A stretch of DNA of 64,000 nucleotides from the IMG/VR virus record IMGVR_UViG_3300001200_000012, positions 1,483-65,482 of that record; one strand, written 5' to 3'. This DNA is from a virus. A program made the translations under genes and the position numbers. Below are positions 56,501 through 64,000 of this stretch, one piece after another. The notes beneath the pieces were generated by a model. The model worked only from the letters and a program-made list of their open reading frames with translations, was not told the DNA's origin and did no database searches. Position 1 is the first letter of the stretch; the number at the start of each line of letters is the position of its first letter.

Positions 56501-56773
56501 TAATTCCTTAGCCTGGTCATTCAGTAATTCGAATTGTGTACCTGTCGCGCCCGTAACAGCACGCACAGTTGACATCTCTTGTCCATAGTCGCGAAGAAGG
56601 CGAACAGAAGCCCGGACGCCAGCCACAAGCGCCGCGCCACCAAATAATCCCGCTACGTTACGCTTGACCCGGTTCGCAACCTTGTCAATATCTAATAACG
56701 CACCTTCAACTTGGTCCCCACCGGACTTAGCGCCAGTGGGGTCAATTTTGACTTGGATATTATAATCAACCAT
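53558..56773 (-). CDS. tape measure protein
   Basis: 1071 aa; TP901-type repeats (AKELGQSTRFSAAEAASGM); C-terminal FADGGQVHGPGSGTSDSI. Confidence 0.95.
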   Translation of the reverse strand: MVDYNIQVKIDPTGAKSGGDQVEGALLDIDKVANRVKRNVAGLFGGAALVAGVRASVRLLRDYGQEMSTVRAVTGATGTQFELLNDQAKELGQSTRFSAAEAASGMTFLARAGFEVQEIYEALPGTLQLAQAGNLGLARSADIASNVLQGFRLETDQTGRVVDVLAKASNSSNTSVEQLGQALSFVAPVAAGLNISLEQTTAAIGALSDAGIQGSRAGTGLSRVLAELESPGTRAQEIFGALGVSMDQVRPSSAGLTGALKALTDAGLTTAQALEIFGQRGGPAFAVLASSIPNVETLEEKLNNAAGTAERMALIMDDNLNGAALAFRSAVQGLVLELGDQGIVAALKGAIAGLTEFFRFLTANADKIFDVFQGLVILIGVRLALGAVPAAISAIKTLTLVIAANPIGFVVTALTTAVVLLIGFADKISLGADRLGTLEDFAVVTFGAIIDLLTQVGAFFGSVFDGMGAKGSEIFGDLEFSFAGVIKGIAIGIDFIIGAFLSAGNVILATWNNMGSALGSVMISAVNATITAVEYMIQKIVDGINAIVSAAENVQKFFLPQSLESDFARIQDVSLGRLENGYEGAGQRFSQALSDGIRDGMEFSGVQGFVDGIFEGAEARAAARNASEAAAANSSIAGTGVGLSNTGTDVAQFNIDKERQALIDDTTQSIIKQTEALSLRGDERERYLTVLNIEDQIADKLRNSDLNLTEAQITAMSKLTDAERARVEVLTQERLESERRATILDDLNGSIDSFLQKQTALNQLMAAGLITQREYNLELNNTALAQGLNNLDQQLGGQFGQDAETQLIIDQYASRQQLLDEALEARLISEEGYKERSLEIEEDRQRQLRELEAAQYSLALQSAEDTFGSLADIAKSFAGEQSGIYKAMFAVSKAFAIADSIIKIQQGIANALALPFPANIAAAAGVAAQAASIVSNIQAVALKFADGGQVHGPGSGTSDSILARLSDGEFVVNAKSTSEYLPLLEAINADKFATGGRVGRSAPRSFGNLSMGQQQPMSIQMGDTNIHLHGTTNQEDAKRAGQTAAKEFEAGVMKVINKQMRQGGKLEKLNG

Positions 56774-57094
56774 CCTTAATCGCTTTCAGTGTCCAGTCCA
56801 AATAGACAACGTCCATTTCCCTGATAACCCTTTGCAGCGTTGAGGCCGTAGCCGGGTCCAGTTGATGAGCACCAGCCCAAAGATGAACTGATGTCCACGA
56901 GATGGGACCCGGCACCTGTCCTATTTGACGGGTGGTTGTTAGCTCCCAAAAGGCTTCCATGAACCACAAGTCAACACTTTCGACTTGTGGTTCATCTAAA
57001 TACCACTGTGGCAGCGGCCTTCCTTTTGCTAGTCCCGATTGAATAGACCATCCGTCACGTTGGTGACGCAGGTCCCATTCTAATCGGTTGGCAA
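56766..57094 (-). CDS. -1 frame extension of the tail assembly chaperone (G-T-like)
   Basis: Open -1 frame from the slippery site: KLANRLEWDLRHQRDGW...LWFMEAFWEL...KDG*. Confidence 0.75.
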
Positions 57095-57559
57095 GTTTCC
57101 CGCCAAGTCCGCTTCTTCTTCATCGGAATAATTCCCGGAGAAGTTTAGCGGGTTGGAGCAAAAACGGACTAGGGAGTTTGTCTGACCAGAAGGGTCATCA
57201 AACATGTAATCAGGAATGGCATTCAAAAAGCCTTCGCAATTCTCTTTAGAGAACTCAACAGGCTTCCCGTTGCTATCGACTGGCGGTGTAGGCCAACCAA
57301 CTACCACGTGTTGAGCAAACAAGTCAGCAAGCAACGCAATCGCTTTCGCGTCCGCTGTTGAGCCACCTTGTCGCTGAATGCGTTTGAGCTGTGGAGTCAC
57401 CTTTTTAGCCGCAGCAGCATAAGCTAGATTATGTTTTGTGGCCGGACGGACTTCCAACGTGGGTAGTCCTTCCAAATCAAGAAAGGTGAATTGCTCAGTT
57501 TTATCAGCCTGGACTTTCCGGGCTGCGTAGTTACCAAAGTCAGGGCGCTTACCTGTCAT
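57080..57559 (-). CDS. tail assembly chaperone
   Basis: Between tail tube and tape measure genes; contains the slippery site. Confidence 0.8.
   Translation of the reverse strand: MTGKRPDFGNYAARKVQADKTEQFTFLDLEGLPTLEVRPATKHNLAYAAAAKKVTPQLKRIQRQGGSTADAKAIALLADLFAQHVVVGWPTPPVDSNGKPVEFSKENCEGFLNAIPDYMFDDPSGQTNSLVRFCSNPLNFSGNYSDEEEADLAGNLPTD
57095..57101 (-). promoter_or_regulatory. programmed -1 frameshift heptamer G GGA AAC
   Basis: XXXYYYZ heptamer just before the chaperone stop, as in lambda G/T. Confidence 0.8.
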
Positions 57560-57583
57560 CAGTGTCTCCTTAAATTATGTCCT

Positions 57584-59152
57584 TTAACAGACGTGGGTTG
57601 TTGGAAGATGGGGGAACAGCGACAATCCGATTGAATACGGGAAGTCACTGGCCGCATCTAAGAAAGCTTGAGCCGTTGTATTAAGCAACACGCTTTCATT
57701 CTGCGGAAGTTCCTTATCACCACCAGAAAGCGTCATGTTCGGAATATCCACTACAAGACCACCGTCAGCGTTCGCCAAAGCGAAGTCCATTGTGACAGTC
57801 GTGTTACAGCGAATAGCGTCAATGACAGCTGCTTCTGTGAAGATGACTTGGGCTTCTATATCGACATTCAAAATGCCAACATTCATAAACGCCGGACCTA
57901 ATGTGCCAAGCTTCTTCTCACCACTGACGTTATTGTTAATCGTCATTGTAAGTGATTTGAAGTCTGTAGTTAGACCGGAGTTGTCAATGTTATCCAAACG
58001 GAGCCGCGCAATGTCAGCCGTTGTATTAAACGGAGCCGTGGACAAAGGAGCCTTAGCAGCTCCCGCCCCAGCTTCTCGCGTGGCGCTAGGCTTATCGGTT
58101 GTAGTTCCTTCAAAGCCGAAAGATACCGTGGATTTATCTGTGAGCGGAATATTGAAGCTCATAGTATTACAATAATTGCCTCGTGAATACTCGTACATGT
58201 CCGTACCAACACCACCCAAGTCAGGGAGTGCTAATTCAAAGGCGTAGCTGCGCTCAAGGAACGCGGCGTCATCAACCGATACAGTACGAATAAATTGACT
58301 GAAAAGAATATCCAAATCAGTTGTTGGCGCATCAGCATCGTTGAACTGAAGGCGTACATCAACCTTATCGAAGACAAGAGCAGCCGGGGTGATGGATACA
58401 ATACGAGCAAGTCCATACATATCATTTGCTTCAGAATTTTCGAAAGCGTTGACTACTTCAGTGCCTGATAAAGAACCTACGTGGACTGACTGCCCAACAG
58501 AAAGACCTAGCGTGGCGAAGTCTGCCGAACTAGCTGCCGCTGTTAACGTAGCACGCTTTGCCGTGGCGTCCCAACTCCAGGTAAATGCTGCTTGTCCTGC
58601 TAATCCGCGAACACCAGCCAATTCAACTTTCGAGTTAGTTAGACCTGTCTGGGCTACTGTAGTCCCATCTAAATCTAGCGTGGTGTTAGTGTCAGCAGGT
58701 TGTGTATTGAGCGGATACAATCCGTCAGTGGAAGCTCCGAAGCCCCGGAGTACGAACAATGAAGATGTCTTAGCGTTCTTCAATAGCTTTCCAGCCTGGG
58801 TTGCGTTAAGAGCGGCAACAGTCACTAGACCTGCGGCATCAATCGCCGTAGCTTCAAGCATCAGGTCATCGTTGGTAGCGTTCGACATGACGAAGCTTTC
58901 CGCGAAGTCCCGAACATGAGACAGTGTCGTGTCAGCTTCAAACTCAACGCCGCTATCCTGGTCTGTGATAGTACCTTTGCGGCGCTCACGCTGAAGTGAA
59001 ATAGGGGTTCGCGCGACTGTCGAAACAGAAGCGCCGAAACGGTTGATAGAGTTAGGCTCAAGCTGCTGCCAGGCCGGAGAGCCGGGGAGTGTTGCGAGAG
59101 AAGTTTCAACGGCATATGACATGCCAGTTTTATTTGTAGCTACGCGTGCCAT
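57584..59152 (-). CDS. major tail (tube) protein
   Basis: YAVETSL...LEPNS...RKGTITD; position before the chaperone. Confidence 0.8.
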   Translation of the reverse strand: MARVATNKTGMSYAVETSLATLPGSPAWQQLEPNSINRFGASVSTVARTPISLQRERRKGTITDQDSGVEFEADTTLSHVRDFAESFVMSNATNDDLMLEATAIDAAGLVTVAALNATQAGKLLKNAKTSSLFVLRGFGASTDGLYPLNTQPADTNTTLDLDGTTVAQTGLTNSKVELAGVRGLAGQAAFTWSWDATAKRATLTAAASSADFATLGLSVGQSVHVGSLSGTEVVNAFENSEANDMYGLARIVSITPAALVFDKVDVRLQFNDADAPTTDLDILFSQFIRTVSVDDAAFLERSYAFELALPDLGGVGTDMYEYSRGNYCNTMSFNIPLTDKSTVSFGFEGTTTDKPSATREAGAGAAKAPLSTAPFNTTADIARLRLDNIDNSGLTTDFKSLTMTINNNVSGEKKLGTLGPAFMNVGILNVDIEAQVIFTEAAVIDAIRCNTTVTMDFALANADGGLVVDIPNMTLSGGDKELPQNESVLLNTTAQAFLDAASDFPYSIGLSLFPHLPTTHVC

Positions 59153-59556
59153 TATTTTACCTCGTAATAAGTGAACACGATTTCAACTGTTGAATTGTAC
59201 CACACGCCTTCAACCGTGGCAGGTTTAGGGAGCGCGGACTGGAAGCAAATTGTCGTGCCGGCAATACGCTTTCCTTCAAATATTTCAAGCACCCTCTCAA
59301 CGAGAGCACCCATTTCTTTTGTACCCTTGTGGACGGGGGTGAATAACTGAATGAAGACAACACCTGTTCTTTTGAAACTTCTGTTGTTTTCAGGTCCCAA
59401 AGTATCTTGTTGACTATCGCGAGGTTGAACTGTGCAGCGCGCCCAAGCGTTTTCGTCAGGTTCAAAATTTTCATTAGCCAGAGTAAAGCGAGTAAGATTG
59501 TCCCAACCCGTTTTCCAACTCCTGTAAATCCTTTCGCGTGCTTCTGCATACTTCAT
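59152..59556 (-). CDS. tail terminator-like protein
   Basis: GVVFIQLFTP..KG motif; position. Confidence 0.7.
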   Translation of the reverse strand: MKYAEARERIYRSWKTGWDNLTRFTLANENFEPDENAWARCTVQPRDSQQDTLGPENNRSFKRTGVVFIQLFTPVHKGTKEMGALVERVLEIFEGKRIAGTTICFQSALPKPATVEGVWYNSTVEIVFTYYEVK

Positions 59557-59912
59557 ATCGTCCTAACAGCCTTTACAATTTCGATTTGAACAAATCCCGC
59601 CGGAGCTTGTTGGCTGTGTCCTTCGTTCAGTCTTCGAATATAAGGAACGTTGTTTGTAATATAAACGGGACCTTGATTCAAACTGAAGTTTATGACTTCG
59701 GCTTCGCCTGTACTTCGCCGGACTTCCGCTATAGACAATTCAGCTTCTGGGTCCACGTCAGTCAAGTCAACTAAGAATGGTTGACCTAAACTTGGAACCC
59801 AATTCGCCTTAGCCCAACCAATATCAACGGGCGTCTCCGTGACTAAGTTGCGAGTGACAGCGAGAGTGAGCTGAATAATCTTTTGTTCAGTGAACCTCTC
59901 AAGGTCCTTCAT
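59553..59912 (-). CDS. neck/tail completion protein (HK97 gp10-like)
   Basis: TPVDIGWAKANW, YITNNVPYIRRLNEGHSQQAPAGFV. Confidence 0.85.
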   Translation of the reverse strand: MKDLERFTEQKIIQLTLAVTRNLVTETPVDIGWAKANWVPSLGQPFLVDLTDVDPEAELSIAEVRRSTGEAEVINFSLNQGPVYITNNVPYIRRLNEGHSQQAPAGFVQIEIVKAVRTI

Positions 59913-59938
59913 TATGGCGACAATATCCGGGTTGGTTG

Positions 59939-60220
59939 TTATTCTTCCTCATCCTTCTTCGGAGCAGCTTTCTTAGGGGCTTCTTTAACCACTGTTTTGG
60001 CTGCTGGTTTTTTCTGTTCCGTCTTCTTGGACGGAGCGGCTTTTTGTTCTTCGCCATATGTAGCTTTATTGGTCATCCATAAACGTCTTCGGACGCCGTG
60101 ACCAACTTCGCTAGGGATTGGGTCCCCGGACTTAATAGGCTTGCCCATGATAGTCGTATCTTTTGTTGACACCAAAGGCTTCGTGTAATCAAACTTCCCG
60201 GCGTTTCTGCGGCGGTCCAT
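59939..60220 (-). CDS. hypothetical head-associated protein
   Basis: SD AAGGAG before MDRRRN; Lys/Ala-rich tail. Confidence 0.6.
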   Translation of the reverse strand: MDRRRNAGKFDYTKPLVSTKDTTIMGKPIKSGDPIPSEVGHGVRRRLWMTNKATYGEEQKAAPSKKTEQKKPAAKTVVKEAPKKAAPKKDEEE

Positions 60221-60233
60221 ATCGTTCTCCTTC

Positions 60234-60264
60234 AAAAAAGGGTGGCGGCTGTAACCACCACCCT
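60234..60264 (-). terminator. Rho-independent terminator after the major capsid gene
   Basis: Minus strand gggtggtgg-ttaca-gccgccaccc then T6. Confidence 0.75.
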
Positions 60265-60290
60265 CGCTAGGTTAATGCGTGAATTAAATC

Positions 60291-61352
60291 TTAAGCGACA
60301 ATACCACTCATGAAATAACCCAAGTCAGCGCCAATCAGCTTCTGATCAAAGCTCTGTTGTGCTTCGATACGGTCTGATTCAATCGGCTCCATACGGAAAC
60401 GCTTGATGCGAAGACCATTTGCTGATGCTCCAAGGAAGCCGTTCCAGCTAAAGGTATAACCCGCTGAAGGCGTCATGAGACCAGGCGTTGGTGCGCTGTA
60501 TGCCAACAAGACATTCTTGCCGCCGATGAACTGATGTACACCAGTCTGGCGTCCGTCTCCAGCTGCACCATCTGTTGGGGCGACAGTCTTTTTAGCGCTG
60601 TTGTAGATAGCGTCCATGACGACAACGCGGTCAACTTCAAGCAGAGCTGCGATTGAATCACGGTTCGCTGTAGCTGTACCAGATGTCTGGCCACGGTCTA
60701 GGCGTCCAACAACGTCCGGGTGGTCAACCAAGATGTCATAGACCTCGCGACCCATAACAACGGTATTCGGACGGAAGCCCGTTTCACCGTGAACGCGAGT
60801 AAGACCCGCACGCATATTTTCGATAGGTTTAGACGCGCCATCGTTCCACTGTAGCAACTTGTTGTCCGTTGCTGACGTAGGGTCAAACGAAGCTTCGGCG
60901 GTAGCGCCTGTGGCGACACCAGCTGCGTTGAAGGACCACTTGCCTAAAGTGAAGAACTTATTGACCCAGAGACGTTCCCGGCGAATAAGGGCTTTGTGAG
61001 TGACGTAAATCGCCGCTTCACTATCCATATTCAGAGGCGCATCTGTATTGGCGCGAATTTGGTCTGGAACGTCCTTGTGGAAGGCCGCAACCGGACAGTA
61101 GTATGTCGGTGTGCTATCCACAGTGTAGGAACCGCCAGCGCTTTCCGTTCCCGGTGCGCGTTCGGTCATTTCGTCCCGATTAAACTCACCACGGTCATAA
61201 GTGAAGTAGCGGTCAGACTGTTTCTGAACTGGAATGTTCGGGAACACTTTGTCTGCTACAAAACCTTCTTGTGACTGAAAGTAAGCAATTGAGATGTTGG
61301 TCAACGGACGGTTGACGTGGACATCACCTGCTGTTGGGCTAAATTGTGACAT
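60291..61352 (-). CDS. major capsid protein
   Basis: 353 aa; LTNISIAY...VADKVFP..PVQKQS; follows scaffold and cement genes; terminator downstream. Confidence 0.9.
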   Translation of the reverse strand: MSQFSPTAGDVHVNRPLTNISIAYFQSQEGFVADKVFPNIPVQKQSDRYFTYDRGEFNRDEMTERAPGTESAGGSYTVDSTPTYYCPVAAFHKDVPDQIRANTDAPLNMDSEAAIYVTHKALIRRERLWVNKFFTLGKWSFNAAGVATGATAEASFDPTSATDNKLLQWNDGASKPIENMRAGLTRVHGETGFRPNTVVMGREVYDILVDHPDVVGRLDRGQTSGTATANRDSIAALLEVDRVVVMDAIYNSAKKTVAPTDGAAGDGRQTGVHQFIGGKNVLLAYSAPTPGLMTPSAGYTFSWNGFLGASANGLRIKRFRMEPIESDRIEAQQSFDQKLIGADLGYFMSGIVA

Positions 61353-61386
61353 TTCTTATTGTCTCCTGTTCTGAAGCGAACCGCGA

Positions 61387-61764
61387 TTAAGCGGCATCGC
61401 CTTTATAGTTGAATTGAACTGGGACAACTTCGTCTGCTGCCCCGGCTTCCAGAGCAACACCGTAAATCGGATTGCCTGCTGTAGCCGTGATAGCTTTCCC
61501 GTTGGCATCGGACATTACCTTGGCTCCTGCGGTGACCGTAGCACCTAAGATAACCATTGCAACGCCGCCATCAGGGACAACCATTGTCGCTGCGCGGTCT
61601 GCTGCTTCAGCAGGATGGCCGATGATACCGTCAACGGCTCCACCCGAAGATGAAACAACATTTACCTTGCCTGCGTTATCAAACGCAGCAAAGTGATAGT
61701 TTTTGCCTGTCAGCGCAGCAGCCGCAATAACGGTGATGGCCTTACAGCATTCCTTATAAGCCAT
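61387..61764 (-). CDS. capsid cement/decoration protein (DUF2190-like)
   Basis: AGAKVMSDANGKA..A...GVALEAGAADEVVPV. Confidence 0.75.
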   Translation of the reverse strand: MAYKECCKAITVIAAAALTGKNYHFAAFDNAGKVNVVSSSGGAVDGIIGHPAEAADRAATMVVPDGGVAMVILGATVTAGAKVMSDANGKAITATAGNPIYGVALEAGAADEVVPVQFNYKGDAA

Positions 61765-61808
61765 GATAGCTCTCCTTAGAAAAGGTAACGTGTTTTAAGA
61801 CGTTCCGT

Positions 61809-62930
61809 TTAGTTGCGAACTGACTGCGCGTATAGCTTCTGACCAGCTTCCGATTGAAGAGCTGTCGTATAGGCTTGAGCATGAGTGACGCTATCGCGCT
61901 TCATGATATCCTGGGCCATATTCTCCAACTCATCTTCAGCAGTCAGCGCAGACGCAGACTTTCCAATGTCGGACGTACCTTTGCGCGTGAACGCATCAGC
62001 TGCGGCATCATTTGCCGACTTCAAACTATCCATTGCGCTTTTACGCACTGTTTCGTCCTCAATCGACTCAACCGATTTAAGCATGGCGACACGTCCGGCG
62101 TCATCGCCACCCAAATTAGGAATAAGTTCTGCGGCACGCTTTGCGATGTCAGCGTCATCCGCTTTCTTCTTAAGCTCCGCATTATCCTTAGCCATTTGAT
62201 CATTCCGCTTGGCCATATCAGCAAGCTTCTGACCATCACGCTTCGTAAAGACCGTGCCGTCATCAGCTTTGTAGATGATTGTGTCGTCATCGTCAGGCTT
62301 ATTCGCTTTCGCGATTTCAGCGTCACGGACGTCATCAGTCATTTTGAGGAAGTCAGCTTGACCCGCTTCGTCCAAAGACTTGTAATGAGCCTTCTGAACA
62401 TCTGTCATTAGAGCTAGACTTTCAGCCTTGGCTACGTCAACAGTTGGAGCCGGAGCGGATAGAGCCGCTGGCAGCATGTTTTCCATATCGAGAGTTTTAG
62501 CAGCTTTCTTGATGTCGTCTGCTTGTGACGTATCACCACCAATGTATTTAGTGATAGCGTCAATGAGTTGTTGCTTGTCCATTGCTTTCGCTCCTTTGAC
62601 AATTACAGTTTCTTCGTAATGGGTGTGACCATCGGCCATCCCAATTGTGATAGTCCCGTCTGGGTTACGAACCCAGGGGTGGGAGTGGTCGTGGTCAGAA
62701 CCAGGAGCCTTAGCCCAACGAGTCATTCCACTCTGCATCTCCCCATCACCGTGATCAGTAATAAGGATATGTTGGTGACCTTTCGTGACGGTCAACATTT
62801 TACCGCCCTTCATAATGTCGTCACCATCATCAGCACGCTTCATGATGACCGAATTAGCCCCCTTTTGGGCCGGGTCATCAACTGTGCTAACTTCCGTGAT
62901 ACGGAACTTTTTAAGGATGCGTTTAGCCAT
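61809..62930 (-). CDS. capsid scaffold-like protein
   Basis: ITEVSTVDDPAQKGA N-terminus; His-rich segment; coiled coil; start at the MAKRIL overlap. Confidence 0.65.
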   Translation of the reverse strand: MAKRILKKFRITEVSTVDDPAQKGANSVIMKRADDGDDIMKGGKMLTVTKGHQHILITDHGDGEMQSGMTRWAKAPGSDHDHSHPWVRNPDGTITIGMADGHTHYEETVIVKGAKAMDKQQLIDAITKYIGGDTSQADDIKKAAKTLDMENMLPAALSAPAPTVDVAKAESLALMTDVQKAHYKSLDEAGQADFLKMTDDVRDAEIAKANKPDDDDTIIYKADDGTVFTKRDGQKLADMAKRNDQMAKDNAELKKKADDADIAKRAAELIPNLGGDDAGRVAMLKSVESIEDETVRKSAMDSLKSANDAAADAFTRKGTSDIGKSASALTAEDELENMAQDIMKRDSVTHAQAYTTALQSEAGQKLYAQSVRN

Positions 62931-63366
62931 CCACTGTCTCCGTCTCAATACGTTTGCCGCCGATACTGAACCCGGTATAAACACCTGATTCAAACTTGGC
63001 GAGAATATCTTCACTGTGCGGCTTAACCGCAATCATCCATCCGGTCTTATCGGTAGTGACACCGAACGCCTTAGCAATCTCTGCCGTCACAGGCATAGAG
63101 AAAATGACATCACCTTCCTGGATTGGTTTATTGTCAGCGTCTCGCGTATGCATATCACCCATGACCATAGACTTAGCAAAGTCCGTAGTGGCCTCAAGCA
63201 TAGCGTCTTCCGGGATATGGTCACCTTGAACATCAAAGTAGTCTTCACCTTTGTTCTTACAGATGATAGCCCAACCGAAGACTAAGCCAAGTGACTTATC
63301 AACCTTTGTAATTTCGCTGTCAGTGATTTTGTCCATGCCTTCGGTCTTTGTCTTAATATGAGACAA
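62923..63366 (-). CDS. XkdF-like putative prohead serine protease
   Basis: LVFGWA, DVQGD, DMH, GWMIAVK, YTGFSIGG. Confidence 0.75.
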   Translation of the reverse strand: MSHIKTKTEGMDKITDSEITKVDKSLGLVFGWAIICKNKGEDYFDVQGDHIPEDAMLEATTDFAKSMVMGDMHTRDADNKPIQEGDVIFSMPVTAEIAKAFGVTTDKTGWMIAVKPHSEDILAKFESGVYTGFSIGGKRIETETVDG

Positions 63367-63438
63367 AAATCAAGCCCTGACCTTTGATTTATCCCCGTAA
63401 AAACAACGGCTTGTTGAATTATGATGACTTATCCCCGA

Positions 63439-64000
63439 TTAGAACGTGACCTTGCTTGAAGTGGAGCAGCGACACTGAATAATCTCTTCAGCTGGAGCCG
63501 CCGGGTCCCCAGGATACATTAAACGGTTCCCGGCTATCGTCACCCAAGGTTCATCAAACTTCACTTCCACCTCATTTATATCCTCATGAGTCAATCTTGT
63601 GCGTCCATCTCCGGTTTGCGCGTGCCACATACGGGTAACGGTCTTGACCTTACCTTGTTCCAAGGCTTGTCTATACAGTTCCCGGTTCCCCTCGTGAACC
63701 GCCCGGAGCGATTGGGTGCGAGATATAACCCGGCTTCTGTAATCCACGTAGCGGACCGCGTACCTTGACACCATCTTATCTATCTGGGATTGAGTAAGTT
63801 GGCGGCGTCCTTCAACGGATGCCCGAACGCTCGCGTCAAATCTCCGGTCCCGCAAAGCGCGGTTCAAAGCTTCCCGGTTCCCCTCTTCCAACAAGCGTCT
63901 ATAGTTGGCTACGGCAGCTTGTTGTTTCGGCGTCAGTCCTATACTGTCCCGGAAGACGCGCGCTGTTGTCGTTGGATTAAGTCCCCGGCGCAATCCGTCT
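63439..64000 (-). CDS. head morphogenesis protein (Mu gpF/SPP1 gp7-like), 5' truncated
   Basis: RVISRTQS, RMWHAQ..DGRTRLTH, MYPGDP..PAEEIIQCRC; open to the window edge. Confidence 0.85.
   Translation of the reverse strand, partial: DGLRRGLNPTTTARVFRDSIGLTPKQQAAVANYRRLLEEGNREALNRALRDRRFDASVRASVEGRRQLTQSQIDKMVSRYAVRYVDYRSRVISRTQSLRAVHEGNRELYRQALEQGKVKTVTRMWHAQTGDGRTRLTHEDINEVEVKFDEPWVTIAGNRLMYPGDPAAPAEEIIQCRCSTSSKVTF

Noticed and set aside
558-63768. Many plus-strand and nested minus-strand ORFs in the track
   Set aside because: They lie inside or antisense to well-supported minus-strand genes, lack SD sequences and show no recognisable motifs; treated as shadow ORFs
1-64000. Lysogeny module, prophage boundaries, rRNA or host genes
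   Set aside because: No integrase, repressor pair, att-like context or host housekeeping genes were recognised in the window

Overview
A 64 kb stretch covering most of a tailed (siphovirus-like) dsDNA phage genome, with essentially every real gene on the minus strand. No integrase or repressor is visible. A GcrA-like gene suggests an alphaproteobacterial host. From right to left in transcription order: head morphogenesis, XkdF-like protein, scaffold, cement, major capsid, neck, tail tube, chaperones with a -1 frameshift, tape measure, lambda-like tail tip and lysis genes (64000-43458). Next come a non-coding 9-mer repeat element, then SNF2 helicase, SSB, Dda/RecD-like helicase and class II RNR. 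These are followed by a full thymidine-hypermodification cluster of the phage M6 type (PLP enzyme, radical SAM, amino acid:DNA transferase, kinases, dUMP hydroxymethylase), DNA polymerase A, dCTP deaminase, primase-helicase and about 30 small early genes (43015-7048). A second copy of the 9-mer element precedes terS, terL, portal and the head-tail joining genes (7002-1). Most notable: (i) two Mom-like GNAT genes in the DNA-modification region, one fused in frame to the amino acid:DNA transferase, suggesting an extra or second base modification; (ii) twin ~235 bp elements, each with 11 copies of a TTACTTRYG-type 9-mer, conserved spacer lengths but divergent spacer sequence, each heading one half of the genome; (iii) a DnaA-domain-IV-only protein plus at least 9 DnaA-box-like YTATCCCCG sites, mostly upstream of genes; (iv) a Topo VI-A-like (mini-A) gene next to a circularly permuted GHKL ATPase; (v) an Acb2/Tad1-like sponge candidate, a C93 protease-M15 endolysin fusion and an opal-interrupted methyltransferase. 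All family assignments come from motif recognition by eye; no searches were run.
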